DNA of 64,000 nt, from contig JANMKN010000043.1 of assembly GCA_031372065.1 (NCBI GenBank), positions 9,084 to 73,083 of the forward strand, in the 5' to 3' direction. Positions 49,069-58,082 of this stretch are shown in pieces (within the stretch, counting starts at the first letter, position 1; each line of letters opens with the position of its first letter). Origin of the DNA: Abditibacteriaceae bacterium. GTDB taxonomy: Bacteria > Armatimonadota > Abditibacteriia > Abditibacteriales > Abditibacteriaceae. A program made the position numbers and the translations under genes. The notes below the pieces were generated by a model. It saw nothing but the letters and a program-made list of their open reading frames with translations, had not been told where the DNA came from and ran no database searches.

Positions 49069-51780
49069 CTACTGCAAGCGAACGACGAATGTTACGGTGC
49101 CGCTGGCGCTGGGCGCTAAAGTGCCCGCGAAAGTCCATTTCAGCGCGCCGAAGGCATTCACAGCGGGTGTGGTAGCGGTAATGCCGGTTAAATTGGCGGG
49201 CAGGGCGCTGTTGGTTTGCGAAACAAAGAGTGTGAAGGCAGGAGTGGTGTCGTTGATGACTAAATTGCTCAGTGGCGTGCCACTGCCGTTGCGATAAGTG
49301 ATGGTGTAGGAAATCAAATCGCCCGATTTGGCGGTGGCGCGATCCACGCTTTTGGAAAGCACAAGGCCGGTTTCGCCCGCCACAGTGGTTGTATCGGTGT
49401 GCGTAAGGGTGCTACTCAGTGCTGGAACCGCGTTGGTGTAGGTGAACTGCGCCGTGGTGGTAATCAGATCGCGGGCGCCAATGGGCGCGTTGGCGGGAAC
49501 GAACTCTTTAACAATAATGGCAACTTGTTGATTGGCGGTGACGGCAAGCGGCGCCGTGATAATCGGTTCGCCTGCATCCAAGACGCCGTTAGCGTTGCTG
49601 TCGAGATAAATCACGTTTTGCCAAAGGTTGTTGGCGGGCGTGGCGATATTCGTAGTAGAAAAAGTGACGCTTCCGGCACTTCCGGCAGTGAAAACGTGCG
49701 GATAAGTGACGGTGGCACCGGGCACGCCGTTTTGCGCGCCATCGTTAGTAAAGATATTGAGCGGCACATCGCCAAAATTGACGTTTGAATAAGTTGTGCC
49801 GACAGCGTTGGTGAAAGTCGTGGCGTCCGTGGCGCGATTATAAGTGCCGCCAGTATTGCCTACCGTGGCGCCCGTCGAAAGGTAATTGGCCGCGTTGGTT
49901 TCTTCGACGCGCAGAATTTGCGCGCCGATGGCAGCGCGAATATAAAGCGTATAATTACCAGCGCCGTCGGTGGTAGCCGTATCAAAAATGGTCGTATCCG
50001 CCGCGTTGGTTAAAGCCACCGTCACGCCGCTGACCCCTGCTTCGCCGCCGTCGCGGATGCCATTGTTAGCCGTGCCACCGCCCAGTCCATTGTCGTTAAA
50101 AACGCGCCCGCTCAATTTGCTGCCGTTAAACAAGCCAAAATTCTGGTTTATTACGTTAGTATTATCGGGCACTGTCACGTCAATGGCGCCTGTAGGCGCT
50201 TGCGTAGCGATGTAACCTGCCGGAATTGCCGGAGTAATATCGGTGAGCGTGTTGTTGTCGTCCAAAACAACGGTGTAGTTGCCGGTTGCCACGCCCAAAA
50301 TCTGATAACCGCCGGTGGTCGGATTAACCGCGACGGCTTGCGTGGCGACGGCGCTGTTTTGCGGCACCAGTTTCACAAAAAGAGTCGCCAAACCTGTTCC
50401 GGTTTCGTTGTTGCCCAGATTACCATTGTGATCGTCATCGGCGTAAACCACGCCTGAAATGGTGCTTTGCGGCGAGATATTAGTGGTTTTGGTAACAAAC
50501 AGCGTGGTAATGGTGCCCGGCGCGACTTTGGTATCCATCAGCGAAGTGCCGTTGATACGCGTGCTGTCGGTAGCGGCGGCTCCGGCGGTTGGTGTGACGC
50601 GCAAGATAAAATTCTTGGTTTGATTGGGCGTCAAAATGCCCGTATCCACTTTGCCGTCGCCATCGGTATCGGTCAGCGCCGCGCTACCGCTATCCAGCAG
50701 TTGCACTGTATAATTCGCCGCTGTGTTGGATGTCGTCAACTCAATGATGTCGTTGGTAAAAAACAGGTTGGTAACCGAAAAAGGATGATCTACCGGCACT
50801 CCGATAGTCGTGGAAAGCACATCATCGGGCGTAATACGGAAGTTGCCGGCGTCGCCAGTGACCGGATTTTGGTCAAGCAAAACCAACCGATTGCCAGCAT
50901 TGGCTTCGAGAATGAACTGGTTATTAGCCGAGATATTGTTGACATTGATTTGCCATACGCCCACATCTGGCAAGGTGCCTGTTGTGGTGTTGACTACGAT
51001 GGTGTCCTGCCCTGTATTAAGCGTCGGGGAGGGGCCGTTCCATAAAGCATTGCCTGACACCGTGCCAGCCACTGTAGTGCTGTTGGGACGGGTGTAAACC
51101 AAGGTGCCGGAACTGTCCATGTCGAAGTTTCGCAGGGTCAGATTCGGGTTGCCGGGGCCGACCAAAAAATAAAAAGTGTAGCTTTGCGGCGTTGCCGCGA
51201 AATGCACCAGCGTGCTTTGGTATTGACCAATCAGGGTGGATGTGCCGGGAATGGAAATGGTGTAAGAATTGTCGTCGTCGTTGAGCGTTGTTGTATTATC
51301 GCCATTAATCGGTGTGGCACCAGTGACGGTTACCACTTGATACGAACCCGCCGCGTTAATGTTGAAGGTGACAACGGTGCCATCGGGCGAACCCGAAGGC
51401 ACCGTTGTGGATTGCAAAACTGTGATGCCGTTTGGCGCTCGCAATTCAAAACGCGTTGGGTCGGGCGTGCCGGTTACTTCATCGCCGCCCGCACCATTCG
51501 ATTCGGCATCGCTGATGGTCACCGTCACGTTGCCGCCGTTGGCATCCAGCAAGGCTTGACTGACTTCGACGATAAAGCGATGAGTGCGGTCTGTGCTGCT
51601 ACTGGTGGCTGTTGTATACCAGTCGCCGATACCCGGCGGGCGCTGTTGGCCGCTGGTTTGAAAAGCGAGATTGGGCTGCGAAGGCAGCGTGCCCGCAAAG
51701 GCAAGCGATGAAGCGAAAAACAACGCGCCGCACAGGAAGCCTAAAAGCCAACCAAATTTTTGCATTTGCGCTGTTCTCAT
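49069..51780 (-). CDS. Secreted DUF11/SdrD-B protein, putative fimbrial tip adhesin
   Basis: Signal peptide, unique N-terminal domains, two SdrD-B-like repeats (SG.V..D...NG), truncated C-terminal DUF11; ATGA overlap with the upstream gene. Confidence 0.8.
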   Translation of the reverse strand: MRTAQMQKFGWLLGFLCGALFFASSLAFAGTLPSQPNLAFQTSGQQRPPGIGDWYTTATSSSTDRTHRFIVEVSQALLDANGGNVTVTISDAESNGAGGDEVTGTPDPTRFELRAPNGITVLQSTTVPSGSPDGTVVTFNINAAGSYQVVTVTGATPINGDNTTTLNDDDNSYTISIPGTSTLIGQYQSTLVHFAATPQSYTFYFLVGPGNPNLTLRNFDMDSSGTLVYTRPNSTTVAGTVSGNALWNGPSPTLNTGQDTIVVNTTTGTLPDVGVWQINVNNISANNQFILEANAGNRLVLLDQNPVTGDAGNFRITPDDVLSTTIGVPVDHPFSVTNLFFTNDIIELTTSNTAANYTVQLLDSGSAALTDTDGDGKVDTGILTPNQTKNFILRVTPTAGAAATDSTRINGTSLMDTKVAPGTITTLFVTKTTNISPQSTISGVVYADDDHNGNLGNNETGTGLATLFVKLVPQNSAVATQAVAVNPTTGGYQILGVATGNYTVVLDDNNTLTDITPAIPAGYIATQAPTGAIDVTVPDNTNVINQNFGLFNGSKLSGRVFNDNGLGGGTANNGIRDGGEAGVSGVTVALTNAADTTIFDTATTDGAGNYTLYIRAAIGAQILRVEETNAANYLSTGATVGNTGGTYNRATDATTFTNAVGTTYSNVNFGDVPLNIFTNDGAQNGVPGATVTYPHVFTAGSAGSVTFSTTNIATPANNLWQNVIYLDSNANGVLDAGEPIITAPLAVTANQQVAIIVKEFVPANAPIGARDLITTTAQFTYTNAVPALSSTLTHTDTTTVAGETGLVLSKSVDRATAKSGDLISYTITYRNGSGTPLSNLVINDTTPAFTLFVSQTNSALPANLTGITATTPAVNAFGALKWTFAGTLAPSASGTVTFVVRLQ

Positions 51781-54700
51781 TCGTTCACCAACTGATTCAA
51801 ACTGCCGGGACGATCTCCGCTAAGTGGATTGTCATTGCGCGCGACTGCCGGGGCCAAACCTGCATTAGCCACAGGCTTAAAGGTTTCGTCGTTTAAAGTC
51901 GCACCCGGCTTGCGGAAGCCGCTCCAGCCGTTCAAGGAATTTTCGTCGAACTTGAAACGAAGTCGCAAATAGGCGCCGCGTTGCGTCCATTCGTCGGCGG
52001 ACAAATCGTTGTCGTAGAAGCCGAAGAAATTGTAGCCAGCCGAAAGCATCATATCGCGCGTTAGCAGATAACCAAATTCCACTCCCATGCCTTGTTGACT
52101 GCCGCCGCCCCACAAACGGCTGCCGATTAAGCTCAATATCATGCGGCGATTTAAATCTTTGGTCAGGCGCGCCGACAGCAAATGCACCGAAGTGCGGCTC
52201 GATAAATCGGGCGTGGCTTCGTAGGCTTTTTTCCACGCGTAATGCAAGCGCATTTGCACGCTCGCTGAGGGCTGATAATTGCCGTCCAGCGACAAAATAT
52301 GCACGCGGCGTGTCAGGTTTTGCGCGAACGTCGGATTGCCGGACGTCGCGCCGAATTGCGACGGATTGTCGTCAAAGCGATATTCGTATTTCATCAGTGC
52401 ATTAAAGCGATCTGTATCGGTTTGGCGATACGCGAGGCCCATTTGCAAGCGGCCTTGCGTGCGGTCATTAAGCGCAGTGTCCGAATTAGTCTTGGTATAG
52501 GCTTCGCGCGCCAAAAGCGTTAAATTGCGGCCCGGTTTCCACGCAATGCCCGCTGTGGACAGAAAGTTATCGCCGCCGCTGGCTTTGCGGCCTTCCAAGC
52601 GGCCTGTGGCGCGAAAAGTTTCGCCACGCAAAAATTCAAGGCCGATGCCTGCTGCCGTCCCATCGTCCAACAAAACACCGCCGGGGCCGTTTAAGGTTTG
52701 CACGCGCTCAAAATTGGTGCTGAGTTTGAGGCCCGGCGCGAGATTCCACAAATTGCGTAGGCCCAGCGCGGCCTGTGCGCTACGGCCATCAATGCCGTTG
52801 CCCAAGCGATATTCACCGAAAAGCGAGCCATTTTTCATGTAATCGCTTTCGATGCCAAAACGCGTGTTATATTGGCGCTGCGATTCATTAAGCGCGTAAA
52901 GTCCGCCGAACGAATCGAGAAATTCATGCGCCACATAAAGGCGACTGCGATTGGCAATTTGATATTCGCCACCGATTTGAAAACTTTGTTTGCTATCACT
53001 CAAAGAACGTTCGTAGCGCGTAAACGCTGTAATTTTGGGATGATTTGGCATTTGCGCGGCTAAACGGGCAAAAGCCGTGGTGAAATTCACGTTGCCAAGG
53101 CCAAGTTGCGGCGTGTTTGAAGCGCCGCCTTCGCTGGAAGCGTGACGAACGCCAGTTTGCAAGCGCAAACTCTTGCCCAGCGCTGTGTCCATCGCCAACT
53201 GCGCGCCGGTGAGGGTGCCGCCGTTGAGGGCATCGCCAGTGCGCATCACTTCGCCATTCAAGCGCGTTTTGGTGTTCAACTTATAAGAAGCGCGCGCCGA
53301 AATTTCGCGGCGGCCATTGCTCAAAATGGATTCGGGATTGTCAAAAGCCGCGTCGCTGCGGCCCACAAACAAACGCGCTTGCATCCGTTCGCTGTTGTGC
53401 AAGAGTTCCAATTTTTTCGCGTCGCCCTTGCCCAAATTGGTATCCGTGCGCGCCCATTCGCCGAACAAAACGGTTTGCTGATTGAAGCGATAAACCGCGT
53501 TTAGCGATTGCAAGGTTGTCGGGTCTTGCGGGTTGGCATCTTTTGTCCATGCCGCGCCAACTTGAAAATTGTTGCCGATTTTATACTGGCCGTTCAATCC
53601 CCAAACGTTGAAATTCGGGCCGCCTTGGTCAACTTCGTAAGTAATGCGGATGAAAACCGGATTGCCATCGGGGTCAATTGAAGGAACCGGACGACGAAAC
53701 AAAATGCCTTCGGTCAGGCCGTCAATGGAATAATCAGTGAAGCGTTCTTGGGCCGTGGTGCGCAAAATAAGGCCCGGCTGATTGCGGTCGCGCACGATGA
53801 TTTCCACTTTTTCGCTGCCATCAATGGCGCCGGTTGTCAGCAAGCGATACGGGCCGGAAATGCCGCGTCCGGGAATTTCGTCAATCACGCGGCGATTATT
53901 ATCGCGGGCGAAAAAGAAATTGGTCGAATATTTTTGCTTTTCGCCGTGCAATTGCACGCCGTTGAGCGAGCGCGAATAACGGCTGAGGCTGTCACTGGTT
54001 TCGGCGCCCGAAGTCAGAAAGTCGCCGTATAAAACGTAGCTTTGATTTTTGTCCACGCGCACATAAAGGCGGCTGGTAGATTGTGCGTCGAAGCCTTTAA
54101 TCGAAGAATCGCCGTAAACCGGATAATATTCGTCCGGCTGAATATCGCGGAAGAGGCGCTCGCCGCTTTCCAGTTCCGAATCGTAGCGCATCGTCAGCAG
54201 ATATTTGCCTTGCACGCTGCCTTTGAGAAACATCGCGCTGCGGCCTTCCAAGCGCGTCGAATTGCTTTGCGAAATTTTACGTAAATCGTCTTCAAACAAG
54301 TCGGATGTGTTGATGGGGCGCGCGCCGGACGGACGGAAGCGGAACAAATTTAATTTGGCATCCAGCACGCCGGTGGCCGTAAGCGGGCGCAGTTCCGGCA
54401 CGAAGCTGATTTCGCCGGTTGAAGCCATCAATCCGCTGGAAACGCGAATCAGGCATTGGCCCGGCTCGGAGGGCGACACGAGGAGAAATTCGCCCCGCCC
54501 ACCTTCGATAAATAATTGCACGCCCGGCTCGACTTCGTTGAGGTCGCGCTGCAACCACTCGCCCCGGCTGGATTCAAGCGTAATCGGCGTGCGCGCCGTA
54601 ACGAAAACGCCGCGCTTGTCCACCAATTCGACACGAATTTTAATCGGCGTCAGGCCATCGGCGGGCAAAGTTTTGTCGGGCAAAAACAAGCGCAAGAGGC

Positions 54701-57700
54701 CCAAATCGCCGGGCGCCGTAACGCTGATTTTCACGCGCCCTTTTTCGTTGCCAAAGCTATCCAATTGCACGGCTTCGAGCGTGTTGGCGCCCGCTTCGAG
54801 GCCAACGCCAATATATTCCCACGCTTGCAACTGCTTGGCGGCCAAAGTGCTGCGTGTGCCGACGCGCGTATCGGCGAGTTCCTGCCCGTTGACAAACAAT
54901 TTGAAACTGGCGCCCGCCATGCCCTTCACACGCACATTGGTTTGGCGCTGGGCCAGCGTGTCGCCGTCTTTGAGGTCAATAAAGCCGAGTTCGTTGGTGA
55001 CGGTGGGCAAAATTTCTTCGAGCGGCACCGATGAGGGCAACGTCGCGGGCGACGGGGCAATCGGCAGGCCGATTTGACTGTCCAGCGGCTTGGAAAGCAC
55101 ATTGACATCGTTTAAACCGGCGGGAATATTCGGCGTGATATTAGTTGTTTGCAAATTGCCGCCGGTTTCCGAGTCGCGCATTCCCGGCGCGCCATTGTTG
55201 GCGACAATCGGGTTTTTCAAGCGCGTGTTGAACGAACCGCTGCCCGGATTGCCGCTGGGCGTGTAAGCAGAATTCTGGCTCGTATTGGTGGGGAAACTGC
55301 CCGGCGCGCTGCCCGCCGAAACGGTGCCGCTGGCCGGCAAAGCGCGCGGGTCGGAGGGCGTGATTTGCTGCCCGTCCGGGTTCAAATTGGCGCGCACGCC
55401 GCCGTCAATTTCCGAAATCTGTTTGGCTAAAGCGCGGCGTTTTTCCACTTGATCTAAAATCTGTGGCGTGGCGGCGATGTCGGCGAAGTTGACTTTTTGC
55501 ATTTCGCCGTTTTTCAGGTCGGCAAAAGCCGAATCGCCGCGCCGTCCGTGGTTCGTCGTCAGCGGCTCCAATTGCACACCGGCGGGCAAAGTTTGCGCGT
55601 CCACTTTGACCGTATGCGTCGTAGCGCGCACGCCGTAAAGGGAATATTTGCCTTCTTGATCTGTTACCGAAAACGTGCCGTCTTCAAGCCAGATGCGCAC
55701 GCCGGGAATGCCGTCTTCGCCTTTGTCCTGCACGCGGTTGCGGTTTTTGTCCACAAACACTTTGCCGAAAATAATACCGCGCGTGGTGAAGACGCCGCCG
55801 ATAATTTTGACGGGCGCCGAGGCCACATTCGACTGCACTGTGCCAAAAACCGTGGCGCCGTTGGCCTGTGCGCGGTTGATATTTTCGCCCGTGGCCGCGC
55901 CGGGGCCGATTTTGGTGCGATACGAAATAATCGTTTCGGCGCCAATGGCGAAATTGCCCAAATTAAAGGTCAAACGCGGGCCGCGTCCACCCGACGGATC
56001 GGCGATGGCATTGCCGTCGCGCCGCGCGCTTTTTAATTGATATTCAAAACCACGCGGCAGCAAATCTTCGAGCGTGACATTGGTGAGTGCAAAACCTGTG
56101 GTGTTGCGCACGCGCACTTGATAATCCACCCAATCGGCGATTTCGGCTTGCCTTTTGGACGCGATTTTTTCGAGAAACAAACCCGCAGGCGGCGGGCCAT
56201 CAAGCGGCACATCAAGCGTGACGGTGCCGGTTTGAATCGTCACTTGAAACGGGCCACCATAGGAGCCGGAAATATCAATAACGCGTCCCGGCGGCAGCGA
56301 ACCGGGCGGCACTTGTGAAGGAAAAGTGAAGCCCGCTGGCGGCTCAATAACCAGACGATAGGTGCCCGGAATAATTTGCGGGAATTGAAACGCACCATCG
56401 GGGCCGGTGATAACAGTGGCTGATACAACCGTGACGCCATCGAAATCCAAAACGCGGGCTGGGCCTCCGGCATTGCCGCCGTTGCTGACGCCATTGACAT
56501 CAATTAAAGTGACGCGCGCGCCTTGAACCGGCAAATTGGTGCGCGAATCGAAAACCACGCCCAGTGGGTCAATCAAGATAATGGCGACGGCATCGGCTTG
56601 TCCGGCGCAATCGCTCAGGCGCGCAGTGAGCGAATCGTCAGCGCGGATGGACAAACTGTTATCTGCCGGGTCAGCCGCGCCATTATTGGTTGGCACCGAA
56701 GGCAAAACGCGAAAAATGCCGGTGTTCGGGCCGGTTTCGGTGGCAAGGCGCGCGATGGAATCGCCAGTGAGCAGTGAGCGAATCGTGATGGTAATTTGCT
56801 CAATGCGCGTCGGGTCTTGGTTGCACGAAGCGGCGGTGCCTTGCACGAAAAGCGGGCGTCCTAAGCCGGTTACTGTAGTGGGGCGCGCGAAATTATCGTC
56901 TGTATAATACGAAATCGTTGGCGGCACACGCGGCAGTGTCACTTGAACGGGGTTGGACGGCGTTTCGAGGCGCTGATTGGTAAATGACTCGGCGCCAAAT
57001 AAAACCGCCGTGTTGCTGATAATGCCGCTGGCGTTGGCATTGGCGCGCACGCGCAGCGTCAGGCGCACTTCGCCACGCGGCGGATAGATGACTAATCCGG
57101 CAGCGATGGCATCCACGCTGCCAAGCGGCGGCGGTGTAGTGACATAGGTGTGCAGCGGATCGCCAATGCGATGATAAAGTTTGATGGCCGTGCCGGGAAC
57201 GGCGAAATCAATCAGCGTGGTGTTGGCCGGAATGACATCGCGCAAAACCACAAGCGCGCGGTTTTGGCCGTCAACAATCGTTGGAATGCCAACCGGCTCA
57301 ATGGCGCCGAGGCTTTGCGACAACACGCTGAAAACTATTTCTTCGCCGGGCGCTGAATTCAACTTTTGCACGGCTTTGCTTACGCGCAGCGACACGCCGG
57401 GCACGGTTTGAATGGTATCGGTGTTAAATTCGCGGGCGCCTTGCGTCAGGCTGATGGCCGTAATGCGCACTTGCGCCGATTGTCCAACGGGCGCGGTAGG
57501 TGGGACAGTGCCAACAACGAGCAAATCAACGAATTCGTTGGGCGCTAAAGCAATACGGTCATTGGCGCTGAGTTCGGTTTCGCCCGGATCAAGCTGTCCG
57601 TTGCTGTTAGCATCGCGCAAAACGCGCAAGTCCGTCAAATCGTAGCCATCGCCCGCGAGATTTGCCACGATAACCGAATAATTCGTGGGCGTGTTGCCGG

Positions 57701-57974
57701 TATTGGTCAGGCGATGAGGCAAAGTCACTGAGGCGCCCGGCGGCACTGTTACATTTTGGTCACTGGTAAGAAGCAGGGCTTCTTGCGGCAGAATGGAAAT
57801 TTGAACTTCGTTGGAATCAATGGAAAAAAATTCTTCGCCGCTTTGATAAGTCGCTGTGGCTTTGTTGTTTACGAAACTGCCCGCCTGCGGCACTTGAGCG
57901 CGCACCACGCCACTGGCGAAAAAGCTCAATAGTAGGGCAGTCAGCAAGAAAAAGCGAGTCACGCGGGTGCGCAT
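51777..57974 (-). CDS. DUF11/SdrD-B protein with large C-terminal outer-membrane beta-barrel, putative anchor/usher-like
   Basis: Signal peptide, two complete DUF11 domains, IFGKVFVDKNRN SdrD-B module, long amphipathic beta region ending GAYLRLRFKFDE. Confidence 0.8.
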   Translation of the reverse strand: MRTRVTRFFLLTALLLSFFASGVVRAQVPQAGSFVNNKATATYQSGEEFFSIDSNEVQISILPQEALLLTSDQNVTVPPGASVTLPHRLTNTGNTPTNYSVIVANLAGDGYDLTDLRVLRDANSNGQLDPGETELSANDRIALAPNEFVDLLVVGTVPPTAPVGQSAQVRITAISLTQGAREFNTDTIQTVPGVSLRVSKAVQKLNSAPGEEIVFSVLSQSLGAIEPVGIPTIVDGQNRALVVLRDVIPANTTLIDFAVPGTAIKLYHRIGDPLHTYVTTPPPLGSVDAIAAGLVIYPPRGEVRLTLRVRANANASGIISNTAVLFGAESFTNQRLETPSNPVQVTLPRVPPTISYYTDDNFARPTTVTGLGRPLFVQGTAASCNQDPTRIEQITITIRSLLTGDSIARLATETGPNTGIFRVLPSVPTNNGAADPADNSLSIRADDSLTARLSDCAGQADAVAIILIDPLGVVFDSRTNLPVQGARVTLIDVNGVSNGGNAGGPARVLDFDGVTVVSATVITGPDGAFQFPQIIPGTYRLVIEPPAGFTFPSQVPPGSLPPGRVIDISGSYGGPFQVTIQTGTVTLDVPLDGPPPAGLFLEKIASKRQAEIADWVDYQVRVRNTTGFALTNVTLEDLLPRGFEYQLKSARRDGNAIADPSGGRGPRLTFNLGNFAIGAETIISYRTKIGPGAATGENINRAQANGATVFGTVQSNVASAPVKIIGGVFTTRGIIFGKVFVDKNRNRVQDKGEDGIPGVRIWLEDGTFSVTDQEGKYSLYGVRATTHTVKVDAQTLPAGVQLEPLTTNHGRRGDSAFADLKNGEMQKVNFADIAATPQILDQVEKRRALAKQISEIDGGVRANLNPDGQQITPSDPRALPASGTVSAGSAPGSFPTNTSQNSAYTPSGNPGSGSFNTRLKNPIVANNGAPGMRDSETGGNLQTTNITPNIPAGLNDVNVLSKPLDSQIGLPIAPSPATLPSSVPLEEILPTVTNELGFIDLKDGDTLAQRQTNVRVKGMAGASFKLFVNGQELADTRVGTRSTLAAKQLQAWEYIGVGLEAGANTLEAVQLDSFGNEKGRVKISVTAPGDLGLLRLFLPDKTLPADGLTPIKIRVELVDKRGVFVTARTPITLESSRGEWLQRDLNEVEPGVQLFIEGGRGEFLLVSPSEPGQCLIRVSSGLMASTGEISFVPELRPLTATGVLDAKLNLFRFRPSGARPINTSDLFEDDLRKISQSNSTRLEGRSAMFLKGSVQGKYLLTMRYDSELESGERLFRDIQPDEYYPVYGDSSIKGFDAQSTSRLYVRVDKNQSYVLYGDFLTSGAETSDSLSRYSRSLNGVQLHGEKQKYSTNFFFARDNNRRVIDEIPGRGISGPYRLLTTGAIDGSEKVEIIVRDRNQPGLILRTTAQERFTDYSIDGLTEGILFRRPVPSIDPDGNPVFIRITYEVDQGGPNFNVWGLNGQYKIGNNFQVGAAWTKDANPQDPTTLQSLNAVYRFNQQTVLFGEWARTDTNLGKGDAKKLELLHNSERMQARLFVGRSDAAFDNPESILSNGRREISARASYKLNTKTRLNGEVMRTGDALNGGTLTGAQLAMDTALGKSLRLQTGVRHASSEGGASNTPQLGLGNVNFTTAFARLAAQMPNHPKITAFTRYERSLSDSKQSFQIGGEYQIANRSRLYVAHEFLDSFGGLYALNESQRQYNTRFGIESDYMKNGSLFGEYRLGNGIDGRSAQAALGLRNLWNLAPGLKLSTNFERVQTLNGPGGVLLDDGTAAGIGLEFLRGETFRATGRLEGRKASGGDNFLSTAGIAWKPGRNLTLLAREAYTKTNSDTALNDRTQGRLQMGLAYRQTDTDRFNALMKYEYRFDDNPSQFGATSGNPTFAQNLTRRVHILSLDGNYQPSASVQMRLHYAWKKAYEATPDLSSRTSVHLLSARLTKDLNRRMILSLIGSRLWGGGSQQGMGVEFGYLLTRDMMLSAGYNFFGFYDNDLSADEWTQRGAYLRLRFKFDENSLNGWSGFRKPGATLNDETFKPVANAGLAPAVARNDNPLSGDRPGSLNQLVNE

Positions 57975-58021
57975 TATGTGTTTTGTTCTTACTAAAAAGT
58001 AAATTTTGAAATTTAGGGTTA

Positions 58022-58057
58022 AGGGAGCGAGGCAAATTTGATTTTGCCTCGCTCCCT
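58022..58057 (-). terminator. Strong intercistronic hairpin after the putative major pilin
   Basis: agggagcgaggcaaa-tttgat-tttgcctcgctccct perfect 15-bp stem. Confidence 0.75.
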
Positions 58058-58082
58058 TGTGCTAACGGAAGAAACCGAAGTT

